This document shows, piece by piece, positions 40,110 to 52,789 of a stretch of 64,000 bases of DNA. Numbering within the stretch: position 1 is the first letter of the stretch; each line of letters starts with the position of its first letter. The position numbers and the translations under genes were made by a program. The DNA is taken from positions 170,810,001 to 170,874,000 of the forward strand of contig NC_042997.1 in the NCBI RefSeq assembly GCF_006345805.1, in the 5' to 3' direction. Origin of the DNA: Octopus sinensis. Lineage: Eukaryota. Under the pieces are notes generated by a model. The model saw only the letters and a program-made list of their open reading frames with translations. It did no database searches and was not told the origin of the DNA.

Positions 40110-40522
40110 AGGCGAGCTGGCAGAAACGTTAGCACGCCGGGCGAAATGCGTGGCCGGATTTCGTCTGTCGTTACGTTCTGAGTTCAAATTCCGCCGAGGT
40201 CGACTTTGCCTTTCATCCTTTCGGGGTCGATAAATTAAGTACCAGTTTCGCACTGGGGTCGATATAATCGACTTAATCCGTTTGTCTGTCCTTGTTTGTC
40301 CCCGCTGTGTTTAGCCCCTTGTGAGTAGTAATGAAATACGTATTTCGTATGGCGTTACGTTCTGAGTTCAAATTCCGGCGAAGTCGACTTTGCCTTTCAT
40401 CCTTTCGGGGTCGATAAATTAAGTACCAGTTTCGCACTGGGGTCGATGTAATCGACTTAATACCTTTGTCTGTCCTTGTTTGTCCCCTCTACGTTTAGCC
40501 CCTTGTGGGCAGTAAAGAAATA
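40110..40522 (+). mobile_element. SINE family A, 1.7-mer
   Basis: Full unit to ~40340, then a headless unit starting GTATTTCGT; same junction as 8880. Confidence 0.9.
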
Positions 40523-40540
40523 TATAGTGTTAAGTCGTGA

Positions 40541-40858
40541 AGGCGCGTGGTTTAGTAGTTAGGGTATTCGGTTCACAATCGTAAGGTCGTGAGTTCAATT
40601 CGCGGCGACGCGTTGTATCCTTGAGCAAGACACTTTATTTCACGTTGCTCCAGTCCACTCGGCTGGCAAAAATGAGTTGTACCTGTATTTCAAAAGGCCA
40701 TCCTTGTCACATTCCATGTCGCGCCGAATCTTGCTGAGAACTACGTTAAGGTTACACGTGTCTGTGGAGTGCTCAGCCAATTGCACGTTAATTTCACGAG
40801 CAAGCTGTTTCGTTGATCTGACCAATATGAACCCTCGTCGTCGTAACCGACGGAGTTC
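40541..40858 (+). mobile_element. SINE family C head/core with tail type 2
   Basis: C core CTTGAGCAAGACACTTTATTTCACG...GCAAAAATGAG joined to the tail seen at 11335-11515. Confidence 0.85.
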
Positions 40859-40935
40859 CAGTTTTCATATTGGTGAGTGAATGTTCGCCGATCACAGAAG
40901 TGGCTTCTTCCTTTTACATACAAACTATATTGTGA

Positions 40936-41332
40936 ATATTCTGTCGCGTCTGTGGAGAGTAATTTTCTTTTTGTGCCTTATTATGTAACACACTCACAGG
41001 TAAAATTTCCACTTTTTTCTTATTTTTATTGTCCTAAAATTTTCGTTGCGTCTTGCAACTTTTTCAATAGTTTTGAATGCAAGCAAGAGACAAACAGTTT
41101 AAGTTTGAACTCTTGTTTTGTAAATATGCAATGTAAAGACTATTGAAAAGGTTGCAAGACGCAAGGAAAATTTTAGGAAAATAAAAATAAGAAATAAGTG
41201 GAAATTTTACCGGTGAGTGTGTTACATTATAAGGTACAAAAAGAAAATGACTCTCCCAGACACAACAGAATATGCTTCAACACACAAACTCATATAAGGA
41301 ATCTTGCAGACCAAATCCAAAAACGAAATATA
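40936..41332. mobile_element. foldback family F, complete form
   Basis: Arms 40936-41071 and 41139-41273 plus a one-sided ~60-bp extension; direct repeat TATATTGTGAATA at 40926-40938 and 41329-41341. Confidence 0.85.
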
Positions 41333-41552
41333 TTGTGAATACTTCAAGCGTGTTTGACATTGGATTTGATATTTGAATTAAGATGTGTTAATGATCGAGA
41401 TTAAATCGAAATATAATTGACTAGATAAGGTACATTACTATGATTTCGAGAGCCGGCAGTTCATATACTGTTATTAGCATAGTGTCCTTGGTCAAGAAAC
41501 TCAACTTCAATTAAGTCTGTCTAGCGGTTTTTCCTGTTGAGCTATAAATAGG

Positions 41553-41731
41553 TTGCAGCGAGGAAGGTGTTTATAAGCCATTTAAGAAACACACAAAACC
41601 GTTAGATTCACTTCAATATTTAAATTTAATTTGTCAAAATATTTTCGTCGCTTTGAGACCGTGACCTGTTCACTGAATCTAACGGTTTTGTGTGTTTCTT
41701 AAAAGGCTTATAAACACCTTCCACGCTGCAA
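41553..41731. repeat. 58-bp inverted repeat enclosing an HHR-3 motif on the minus strand
   Basis: Arms 41553-41610 and 41674-41731; minus strand TCA-GTGAACA-G-GTCAC-GGTCTCAAA-GCGAC-GAAA-ATATT-T-TGA. Confidence 0.7.
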
Positions 41732-42184
41732 TTGTTTTCGTTCCAGCACACGATCTCAGATCAAGTCACTCGCTATGCAAGTACATCTCTGTAATATAAA
41801 TAGGTTGTACAAGGGAAAATGACTTAAGCACTGCTAGCAAATGTTTAGGAGTTTACAGGGTGAAATTTAAGCTTTTATTATAAAACCCGATACAATACAA
41901 TAAGGCACCTATATGAGAGGACCTATCAAGGCTAATATTACAGTATTCGACCTTCTGCCAAAACAGCCACGTTACGTTGGATATAGAGATTGCCTTTTGC
42001 TACTAATACTGCTTCCGTCGCTTATAATTATTTTAAATGAAACCTCTTTCCTTTTTGGTGCATTTGAACGAATATCCATAATACGTCGAATTTACTAAGA
42101 GCACACTGCATACCAAAAAGCCAGTTGTACCAACTACTACTCAAAACGTGTGCTGTTCTTTCGCTAATTGTTTTAGGTGCTTAT

Positions 42185-42435
42185 GTAATCACGATCAGAT
42201 AGAGACACCCTCTCGATTCTCTCACTCTTTGACCCAGTGGCACATCCAGGATATGACAATCAGAAAGAAGGGGAACTGCTCCAGCACAAGACTGGTATTC
42301 ATTATCAGCTGAGCAAACTGGAACAACGTGTAATGCAGTGCCTTGCTCAAGGATAACAACGCACTCGCTGGTCCAGGAATTGAACATACATTCATTCTTA
42401 TGATCGTGAGCCGAACGTCCAAACTATTAGGCTAA

Positions 42436-42437
<2 letters not shown>
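42185..42437 (-). mobile_element. SINE family C head/core with another tail, degenerate
   Basis: GTTCAATTCCTGGACC...CCTTGAGCAAGGCACTGCATTACACGTTGTTCCAG. Confidence 0.72.
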
Positions 42438-42439
<2 letters not shown>

Positions 42440-42479
<40 letters not shown>

Positions 42480-42893
42480 GGCAGTTTGTCTGTCTGTGTG
42501 TCTGTCAGGTTGTACCCTCACCCTGACCACGGCTTTCAACCGATTCTGATGAAACTTGACACACACATAGCCCAATGTCATAATTCAAAACTAACGCAGT
42601 GAAAATTTTGAAAAGTTCCCCCAGTTCTGAAATAAATCGATAAATTCGACATTGGCTCGAGAATCTAAGCTTTTTATATGCAATACATTTTCTGTCTAGG
42701 GGACACAACTCGACCATTTTATCGCCCAAGGGGACAGCTAGGAACATCGTATACACAGAAGTATACGAGTGAAGAGAAGACATTGCAACCTACACATGCG
42801 CCTTCGTTCCCTAGAGGGAAAGGACTAGATTGGGATTAGTCGTTGCCTACTAGGGGCTCTTACATACCCGGGCAACGCCGGGCTATGCTGCTA

Positions 42894-42894
<1 letters not shown>
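42440..42894 (+). mobile_element. non-autonomous Helitron
   Basis: 5' (TA)nTAAACGGCAGTTTGTCTGTC; 3' hairpin CCCGG-GCAACG-CCGGG at 42867-42882, then CTAG (42891-42894) followed by T. A TC-starting 5' fragment lies at 57389. Confidence 0.88.
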
Positions 42895-42923
<29 letters not shown>

Positions 42924-42928
<5 letters not shown>

Positions 42929-43028
42929 GATTCAAAAGTCGCCATACATAAGAACAGTTTTTTAAAATTTAACTGATTCTTATAAAAAAAATTATTTTCT
43001 TATGTATGGTGTCTTTTGAATCACCCTG
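42924..43028. mobile_element. 105-bp Tc1/mariner MITE
   Basis: TIRs AGGGTGATTCAAAAGTCGCCATACATAAGAA / TTCTTATGTATGGTGTCTTTTGAATCACCCTG; termini resemble those of the 33985-35564 element. Confidence 0.85.
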
Positions 43029-43571
43029 AATATTGTCGGCGTAGATTGGCTTATATTTAATCCAATGAATGAAAATATTAAATGTTTTTTTTAAATATTT
43101 TTCAAACAAAATTATGATTTATTTAATTCATAAGCTGTGAACTGAATATCACTTGTCTTGTAAATTCAGACTAACTGGTGCCACGTTCCGAGCAAATAAC
43201 ATTTATCTGCTAATTCCTTTCTTAATTTGATTGCAGTTAAGCTGCATGGGGTAAAAGCAGAGGATTTAAGGGGCAGAGGTAAAGGGTGTAATTCTAAAAT
43301 ACAAAGGCACTGCAAATGGGAGCTGTTAATAGTCTTAATTAACTAAGACTAAATCCTATAAATATATCTACTACAACAGTTCACCTGTCTTAGTCATCTG
43401 ACCACCAGTTAGTATTAATATATTTAATGTTTACTGCTAATCTCTGAGTTACAAAACTGTACATTTACTTAGCGTATATCTATAAATATTCCAGTAAATG
43501 CGGTGCAGGCTATGCTTCGCCGACAGATCATAATAAGGTCAAAACATGTCGAAAGTTGTCTTACACGCTTT

Positions 43572-43919
43572 AGTCTTTTATTCTTTTACTTGTTTCAGTC
43601 ATTTGACTGCGACCATGCTGGAGGACCGCCTTTAGTCGAAGAAATCGATCCCAGGACTTATTCTTTGTAAGCCCAGTACTTATTCTATCGGTTGTCAAGC
43701 GATGTTGGGGGGGGGGGGCAAACACACACACATATATATATACATATACATATGCATATATACGGCGGGCTTCTTTCAGTTTCCGTCTACCACTCACAAG
43801 ACTTTGGTTAGCCCGAGGCTATAGTAGAAGACACCTGGCCAAGGTGCCACGCAGTGGGACTGAACCTGGAACCATGTGGTTGGTAAGCAAGCTACTTACC
43901 ACACAGCCACTCCTGCGCC
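43572..43919 (-). mobile_element. SINE family B with internal deletions
   Basis: Head at 43919, tail at 43572; CpG-intact. Confidence 0.9.
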
Positions 43920-44311
43920 ACTTGCTGAAACGATTAAAAGACTGTTTTGGTATCGCCACATAATGTCCTTTGAGGCAGTACTTCCATGTTCTCGGTATAA
44001 AATATTTTTGCACTAACTCAAAATATTGTCTTTATTGTGGCTGTCCTCTCTAAGACTAACAAGTTTTGTTAGATATCTTGTTCCTGCACCATTTCTTTCG
44101 CCTCATTAGTAACTGAGGAAACTCTTGTATGAAGTTGTGGTTATTATAACAATAGTGTAGTGACCCCTATAGTAATCCCTATCAATTAGAACGTTGTCTT
44201 TTTGCTTTGAAAACATTTCTCCAAGCACCACCATCTCTACCACCGCCGCCACCATCACCACAAGTACAACAGAGCATTCAACGTTAAAGTCTATTATTCC
44301 ACAAAACCGAA

Positions 44312-44545
44312 AGGCGGCGAGCTGGCAGAAACGTTTGTGCGCCGGGCGAAATGCTTAGCGGTATTTCGTCTGTCGTTATGTTCTGAGTTCAAATTCCGCC
44401 GAGGTCGACTTTGCCTTTCATCCTTTCGGGGTCGATAAATAAAGTACCAGTTTCGCACTGGGGTCAATATAATCGACTTAATCCGTTTGTCTGTCCTTGT
44501 TTGTCCTCTCTGTGCTTAGCCCCTTGTGGGTAGTAAAGAAATATA
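44312..44545 (+). mobile_element. SINE family A monomer
   Basis: GGCGGCGAGCTGGCAGAAACG...AAAGAAATA; flanking direct repeat TATTCCACAAA. Confidence 0.92.
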
Positions 44546-44979
44546 TTCCACAAATCTTGTGACTAGAATTTAGTGACGTCCATCCAGCCTTTATAGGCGA
44601 AATTATTTCAAAACTTTGTTCAAGAAGTAATTGCGTATTGTTTTTTTTTATATTTATTTATTTTTAAGTTATACTTTCCTTCTTTCATCTTGTGATATCA
44701 AGTTGACGAATGATTCCAGTGGAATTCAATGACAAGCATGCAATAGCTGTCGCTACTTTTCCTCTACTTCTTATAGTTGCAATGACTGAGATTTGTAGGC
44801 ACGTTGCGAAACTCATATTTTCGCCCCAAAGACCATGCCGTAGTAAAGGTTTCCTGTGTCTGGGACAAAGACACTTTAGCACCCCTATATTAATTACCAC
44901 GCACGAAAGACCAGAGAACATTTTTGCGTCTTTCAAACCTGTGTCCGAGAGTTACTGATCTACCTCGTGCGATGCCTCT

Positions 44980-45246
44980 TTTTTTTTTTTTTTAATAAAT
45001 GCACCCTTTTAAAGCCTAGCCAGGCGCATGGGTTCGGTTTCCCGGTTTCAATGGCGTATGTGTTCCCCAGCTGGACGGGACACCAGTCCATCGCAGCGTT
45101 ACTCATTTTTGCCAGCTGAGTGGACTGGAGCAACGTGAAATGAAGTGTTTTGCTCAAGAACACAACGCATCGCACGGTCCAGGAATCGAAACCACAATCT
45201 TACGATCATGATGCTGACACCCTAACCACTAAGCCACGCGCCTCCA
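44980..45246 (-). mobile_element. SINE family C, full length with poly(A)
   Basis: GGAGGCGCGTGGCTTAGTGGTTAGGG head; 14-bp TSD CGTGCGATGCCTCT at 44966-44979 and 45247-45260. Confidence 0.92.
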
Positions 45247-45292
45247 CGTGCGATGCCTCTACTCGACGGTATTCATGACACCGTCGAGTAGA

Positions 45293-45525
45293 GGCCGCGA
45301 GCTGGCAGAAACGTTAGCACACCGGTCGAAATGGGTAGACGTATTACGTCTGCCGTTACGTTATGTGTTCAAATTCCGCCAAAGTCGACTTGCCTTTCTT
45401 CCTTTCGAGGTCGATAAATTAAGTACCAGTCACGCACTGGAGTCGATGTAATCGACTTAATACCTATGTCTGTCCTTGTTTGTCCCCTCTATGTTTAGCC
45501 CCTTGTGGATAATAAAGAAATAGGT
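45293..45525 (+). mobile_element. SINE family A monomer; an A2 variant follows at ~45640-45830
   Basis: Same head, core and tail as the other A copies. Confidence 0.88.
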
Positions 45526-46375
45526 ATTCATGACGCCAAGAAAAATGTAATGTGATTCCAACTACTAATCGAAACTGGCATGCCGAAAAATGGTTTCTTC
45601 TATAATTTTAATGTTTTAATACAAGGACACTGGCAGAATCGTTACTGCGCCGGGAAAAAAGGTCAGCGGTGTTTCTTCCAACTTTACATTCTAAGTTCAA
45701 ATGCCGCCGGGGTCTACTTTCCCTTTCACCCTTTCGGGGTCGATAAAGTGCCAGTCGAACATTGGGGTCGACTTAATCGACTTATCCACTCTCTCGAAAT
45801 TCCTGACCTTGTGCCAAAATTTGAAATCAATATAACCACATATTTATACTGCAGTACAATGAACAGAACACTGAAACTATGCATTTGAAATTATTTGGCA
45901 ATAAACTGAATAAGAAATAAAGCACCTGGAGCTCATCAAAGAATAACCTCATTAAAACATTGTGTCTGAAGCGGAAACAACCACGTTGATGCTAATAGCT
46001 ATGAACATTCGAACTATATGGAGTTTCTTTGCATACTTGTTTGTGTCTCTAGGATACGGCATTATCGCAGCAACCAGGCATTATCTAATTTAATCTCAAC
46101 AGTCTCTCAGTGTCTAAAGGTATGATATTCTGCTTTTTGATTCTTGTGTATATACTTTTTATTATTTTTTTTACAAACTTTACTCACTGGGTTGCGGCCT
46201 TGTTGCAATACTATCCGCAAGGGTTTAGCCGATCAAACTGGCCTCTGAGATTATTTTGAAATCTGGTGCTTTTTCTATCTATCTTATTTTGCCGAAGACA
46301 CAAAAGTATGGAAACGTAAACAAACCAAGACGGGCGTTAAGGGGTAACAGACAAACACACACACACACACGTCCA

Positions 46376-46418
<43 letters not shown>

Positions 46419-46498
46419 AGAGGGGAAGAAAGAGAGAGAGAGGTTAGTAGAACAGTCAGGAAAAATTTTTTTAAAACCCAATATTCATACATTTTTAA

Positions 46499-46917
46499 GG
46501 CAATCTTTCGTCTCTAGTAGATCTTTCCGTCGATTTCCGTAAAAGAAATTTTTTTTACATATGGGCTTGCGGGAACTTTTGAAGTAATGAGAGCGAAAGA
46601 GACTAAGAGAAAGCGATTGTATGACGAGGGAAGTTCTTTTGAAGTTACCGTGCATGGGAGCATTGATGGACATGTGTGTGTGTGTGTGTTTGATGGGGTG
46701 TGGGAGACAGACAGTATGTTGTGTAAGTGAAGTGCTTCTGTTAGTGTGTGTGAAGAGAGAGTAATGTGTGAAAGAAAGAGATAACTGAAATTTTTTACTC
46801 GGTGTATGTGTGTGTATATGTATATTACTTCAAAAGTTCCCGCAAGCCCATATGTAAAAAAAAAAAAAAATTTTTACGGAAGTCGACGGAAAGGTCTACT
46901 AGAGACGAAAGATCGCC
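46499..46917. mobile_element. MITE-like element with ~90-bp TIRs
   Basis: Arms 46499-46588 and 46824-46917 are reverse complements around a GA/TG-rich spacer. Confidence 0.85.
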
Positions 46918-47319
46918 ATTTTTAATCAGTTGTAAGTTACAAAAGTGGGTAAAAGCTCGAGAATTACCTGCATACTGCTAATAAATACCATACACTAAAC
47001 TCTCGACCCTTGAGTCACTTTTGTAGCTTTCCGCCGATTAAAAGATTTAGAAGTGTGACACATGGCCCAGTGGTTAGGGTGACGCGTTGTGTTCTTCAGA
47101 AAAATACTTCGTCTCACGTTGCTCTGCGACCATTTCAATACCCGACGCGTGGTACACTGTGCACCTGTTCGGACAACGTCGATTTTATGGAGAGAGTGTG
47201 CGGTATAAACATTTAATCACTATAAACAAATCATTTGTGCAGGTCGCTCAGCAAAAGCTGCATTCATATATCGTCTTCGACGGGAAAGTCCATCTATCTA
47301 TCTATCTATCTATCTATAT

Positions 47320-47653
47320 ATCTTTTACTTGTTTTAGTCATTTGACTGCGGCCATGCTAGAGCACTGCCTTTAGTCGAGCAAATCGACCCCAGGACCTAT
47401 CCTTTGGAAGCCTTGTACTTATTATAGCGGTCTCTTTTGCCGAATCGCTAAGTTACGGGGACGTAAACATACCACCATCGGTTGTCAAGCGATGTTGGGG
47501 TGACAAACACAGACACACAAAGATATACACACATATACATATACGACGGGATTCTTTTAGTTTCCGTCTACCAAATCCACTCACAAGGCTTTGGTCGGCC
47601 CGAGGCTATAGTAGAAGACACTTGCCCAAGGTGCCACGCAGTGGGAATGAACC

Positions 47654-47655
<2 letters not shown>
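47320..47655 (-). mobile_element. SINE family B, head truncated
   Basis: Tail, linker and core present; CpG-intact. Confidence 0.9.
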
Positions 47656-47690
<35 letters not shown>

Positions 47691-48517
47691 GCAAAAAGGT
47701 GGCATGGAGGGACGACAAAAGAATTTAGGGGAAAAAATAGCCCAGAAAAAATGCACGCAACAGATGCAGAGCAACTAAATCTCTTATCAGTTGTCAACCA
47801 AATATCATACTTTTAACACTTTCTTACAACATTGTTCAATATGGTGGTGTTATCAACAGAAACTGCTGATAATCGAGTGGATACGATAGACAAACAATGA
47901 AGATGAAAAGAAAATTATTGAGACGAGTGCAGCAGCAGAAAAGAATTACGGAATGCGACCGACTACTTATAATAAATGTATACATTTGTTGCGCAAAACG
48001 CGGTGCAATTACATATTTATACTATAAAGAAAAACAAAACTGCCTTTTAAATAGTTTGGAGCAACTTTTGCTAAAAGAAAGCAATTATTAAAGTCTACAT
48101 TGTCTAGAAATTTCTTTAAAATTCTAATTTTGATTTTTTTTTTTTATCAAAATGTGAATTTTCTAGAGTCTTTTATTATTGAAAATTTCAACCTCAGAAA
48201 ACTAATTTTAATTGACTGAGACAATAGTATTCTAACATTGCGAAGTAGTTTAGCGTTCTCTCTTTGTTTTTTGTTTTTCTCTCTCATACACTTAACCAAA
48301 CTTATATATTTTCGATAGTTAATTCCTTTGCTGAGATCACTGTTCATGTTATCGTAATTAATATGATGAACGAGAATAAAAGATTATCATTTCCCATCAT
48401 TAAACATTTGTAATTGTTAGTTTATACCAAATTAATTACTAAAATGTATTAAAATTAAAACTAATATGTTTATCTATCTATCCATCCATCCATCCACCTA
48501 TCCATCTATCTATAGAT

Positions 48518-48557
48518 ATGAAAAGCTTACTGTAGGTTCCAAGTCATTGACTTTCCG

Positions 48558-48597
<40 letters not shown>

Positions 48598-48800
48598 CAC
48601 ACGTATATATATTATATATGCATGTATATATACATGTAGATGTAGGTATGTATGCATATATTTTATTTATTACACTATTGTATGACTGAGCGCCTTCGCG
48701 TCGATTCGATTGGTTTCGTTTCTTCTTCTCTAAGCTGGTTTATATATATATATATATCGACGGAAAGTCAATGACTTGGAACCTACAGTAAGCTTTTCAT
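48518..48800. mobile_element. element with perfect 42-bp TIRs carrying microsatellite and family E sequence
   Basis: 48518-48559 is the exact reverse complement of 48759-48800. Confidence 0.88.
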
Positions 48801-49842
48801 CATGATTTTTCTCAGTTTACACTAGGTGTGCATTCCAGTTCTCTCTTATACAAAGTAACGAAATCTAATATATGTATATAGGATAAACTAAGACTTTTAC
48901 GAGGTTAAATTAAGTCCACATGATATCTGATTTCTTCATAATTCTAACGGCCTTTGAGTACTTGCTATTATTCTAAATTTATTTATTAGGTGAGTGGATA
49001 ACATATCAGAAAACTTACACAAACTGGGAATCGTTGGTATGACTGTTTGGTATGCCATAGGCCTTAGAATATACCCTTGTGATTCCTGATATTTCTTGCA
49101 AACTAAACGACCTCGAAGGCCGGTTATAGGTAAACTGCTTTCCTCCCCCCGTATCCATCACTCTGTTACTACACATAATCCATTCTTTTTTCTTCACCCT
49201 CTCACAACAATGTTTCTGTCATCATGCGCTTCCTCCACCCACTCATACTGCTTCTTCCAACATCAGTCTCCATTCTCTTCAGCTACTTGCTCACTGTAGA
49301 ATAGTGATAACTTTTAAGACCTCACGCACTGATTCCCCGATAATATGCATCCAAAAAACTCATAAAATGTGGATGATAAAAGGAGATAACGGAAGGTCAA
49401 AAGGACTCGTTAGTCTTGTCGAGGACACAACCTCTACAGTTGTGAAGTGGATGATGTTAGGCAGAACATCCGATAGTAAAAACCAAAATCCAAAAATTCC
49501 TATGAGACGTGGTCTGCCGATCGATCCGGGAGAGCAGAAACTCCGAATAAGATCAAATTCAAACCACGACGACCATTCCAACTGTTGCCAGCGTAAAGGA
49601 CGTATAAAATGGCCAAAATAATGATGAAAGCCCATATAATCTCGAGTTAAAATAAAATTATCAAGTGGCAAATTTTATGATCTCTCGCTAATGATGCAAG
49701 GTGAAATCTGCTTTAAGTCGAGGAAAAGTAAGAGATAAGACTTAATCTATGTCTCTTATTTTCATATGAGTGTTGATTACTGGCTTACGATTGCACAAAA
49801 CTTGCCATAAGGATTTCCATACATTACATTCCAAATATGTGT

Positions 49843-50130
49843 GGAGGCACATGGCCTAGTGATTAGAGCAGCGGACTCGCGGGTTCGAATCTCAGACTGG
49901 GCGATGTGTGTGTTTATGAGCGAAACACCTAAGCTCCACGCGGCTCTGGCAGAAGGTAATGGCGAACTTCTGCTGACTCTTTCGCCACAACTTTCTCTCA
50001 CTCTTTCCTCCTGCATCATGCAGCTCACCTGCGACGGACCGGCGTTCCGTCCAGGTGGGGAACCTATACGCCAAGGAAACCGGGAAACTGGCCCTAATAA
50101 GCTAGGCATGGCTCGAGAAGGAACAAACAA
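49843..50130 (+). mobile_element. SINE family D head/body with a C-like tail
   Basis: D body joined to GCGACGGACCGGCGTTCCGTCCAGGTGGGGAAC...GAAACCGGGAAAC, similar to the tail of 44980-45246. Confidence 0.82.
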
Positions 50131-51206
50131 CATTCCAAATGTATAGGCATACACACGCGCGCACGTATAGTGATTGCTCCGTCATTGCAGAGGTTTGTCA
50201 TCAGCTTGCGCTTCCTCGTTGTCAATAGTATTTCTGACTTTCCATCCATGACTTCTCAGATAATTATTCAGCCCCGTTGCAGATCTGCACGGCTTGAAGC
50301 ATTGATGACAAACGAAAGTTGTAACTTACTGAGCGCTTCCAACTGGTTAATTCTGCACACACCACCTCAGAACTTTCAGTACACAGAATGACAAATGAGG
50401 TTACCATAAAAGGACATCTATACGTCATTAGATTACTGTGATATGGACATACATACGTACATATGTACGCATACATCTATTTGCATAATGTAAAGGGACA
50501 TAGAATAAATAATTAAGCACGTTTCAAAATCACAAAGTCCTGGGACTCAATCCCATTTAATTTTATCTTACGCAAGCCTTTTACCATAGTCTCGGGCCAA
50601 TCTAAGCCCTGAGAACGAAACTGGATAAACAAAGGCTGACTCAAAATAGATTGTACTTGTAGCTCATAGGTTAGAGCTCGGCATACGCTGTGTAACACTG
50701 ATGCTCACTTAGAATTACGCTGAGGATACACGTCTGTGGAATATTCAACTACTTCACACCTTAATTCACTGAGAAAGTAATTCAGTTGATCAAACAATTG
50801 AATACCCATCGTCGAAATGGACGGAAGGTCCATGTATTTATACATTAAATTGACCATACCAATCTACTCTCAGAAGTGTGACTTTATTAAATATTTGTTG
50901 ATTTATAGTATACAACTCATCGATGACAAGCTTAGAGAAGACCTGGAGTAGAGAGAGCATGTCAGTGATGAGGATGCAAATAGCGACGAAAGGACTTTGG
51001 ACAAACCTAGCTGACTGATTGATTGACAGAATGATTCATCAAACAATCGACTAGTTAATTGGTAAATCAACTGAAGATGAAAACTAAAGAATTGAAAACA
51101 GCATCAGTGTGTGCTTATTATTGACATAATGACCCTCTCGAGATACAAAAATGTTTCAACACACGAGTTCACATTAAGAATTTTGCAAACAATGTATATG
51201 AATTGG

Positions 51207-51534
51207 AAATAGCGCTAGTGTTGTAAACATTATCGGCCACAAATACTCAATGTGCTTTGCTTGTTCACCTGTAGGCTGCTGATAAGCGCAGTAGGGATGA
51301 CTTTCTCAAGGCGCCGGATGTTAAACTCACCCCAAATCCCATTCAGGAGCGATGGACATCGATGTCTAGCCATTTTTGTGGCTTATCAATATCACGTTCC
51401 CGAACCGAATGTTTTAATACCCCGCGCTTTGAAGGAATCATCCCTGCCGCGCAAAACCGCAGCCTACCGGCGAACAAGGAGAGTTCATATTTTGAGTATG
51501 CGTGTTCGATAAGCTTTACAACACTAGCGCATTT
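51207..51534. mobile_element. degenerate foldback/MITE
   Basis: Outer GCGCTAGTGTTGTAAA/TTTACAACACTAGCGC and inner GGGATGAC..AAGGCGC..TTAAA/TTTAA..GCGCTTTG..TCATCCC inverted matches. Confidence 0.72.
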
Positions 51535-52789
51535 ATTCTGAATTTATTCTTAGGTATGCATCGTCGTGCATACCAGCAAATGGTTGTTACACTATTTGTA
51601 TACAGTCATAGACTGGCGATTCAGTTCGCCACCGATTCGGTTGGGTTGTCACCCATGTTATTACAGATTCATTCGTGATAAGCGCAACGGAGTTACGATG
51701 AGCATAATGTGTCTTTTCCGGATCAGTGATGAATGAATTGGTAATAATTTCTTTTAACTGATGCCAGAGAGATGAAAGGTAAAGCGTGATTTGAACACAG
51801 AAGTTAAAAAGCAGGGAGAAATACTGCAAGGCATTTTGTTTGACCCTCTAACAATTCGACCAATCTACAAGCAAGTCATTAGCCGTTCAAGAATTTGGAC
51901 CTGGAGATCTCCATTTCCAGTGACTTCGAGGGCCATCTCCCAATGGTGTCGGGTGTCAACGAAGAGCCCTCAACTACAAGACGACCAATGTCTTTTTTTC
52001 CCAAGGTTTGGGGTCTCCCGCCCATTAGCCCTAGACCATCAAGTCATTAACATACATACTCAACATATGAACCTTCCTTGTTCGCCATGGCACCTTGGAT
52101 AAGTGTCTTCTACGACAGCTCTGAAAGCCCATCTCACGCGCGTGCACACAATCACCACTATTATCATTTAACGTCCACATCAGTATGGAACATCATCATC
52201 ATCATCATCAGCGTTCAAGTGGACGTTAAATGATGATGATGATAATGATGTTCCATACTGATATGGGTTGGATCGTTTGACAGGATCCAATGGGTTTTAA
52301 GGACTGCATCGAGTTCCAGGGTCTGCTACGGCATGGTTTACACATATATGTATGTGAGTATGTGTGCGCGCGCATGCGTGTCTGTACGTCTGTTTACCTT
52401 TGTCTTTCTTTGAAAATTTCTGAGCTACAAAGTGGTGACTTGTTATTTCCCCTAACAACAAATCATCTGCTGGTTTTACACAGTGATATATAAGTTGAAA
52501 GGATGAGCTCCACTGAGCTTGCTTCTTTACAGTTGCATTTCATGAAAAGAAAAGAATGACTGACAAAAAAAAAAAAAAAAAAAAAAACCCATGTCTTACG
52601 ACTAAACCACCATCATATGATTAGTGAGACAGGATAAGTAGTCAAAGCTTAGATGGTTATCTAATTGCTAACAAGAAAAGGATGTAAACAAGCCAGTCCC
52701 AATGGTTTATCAAACTTACCAGAAATAAAGTCTCCAAAGACAAACTTGATAACAGATTGGCTAAAATATCTTATATCTTTAATTTTTCC

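Noticed and set aside
49300-49700. ORFs 49304-49621 and 49360-49671 as genes
   Set aside because: No recognisable family or splice context; at most a faint transposase-like DRSGR word.
51587-51780. Candidate extra exon on the minus strand (pyrimidine tract, CAG, ~56 open codons)
   Set aside because: No recognisable homology and it lies downstream of the UBE2E stop codon; RNA evidence would be needed.
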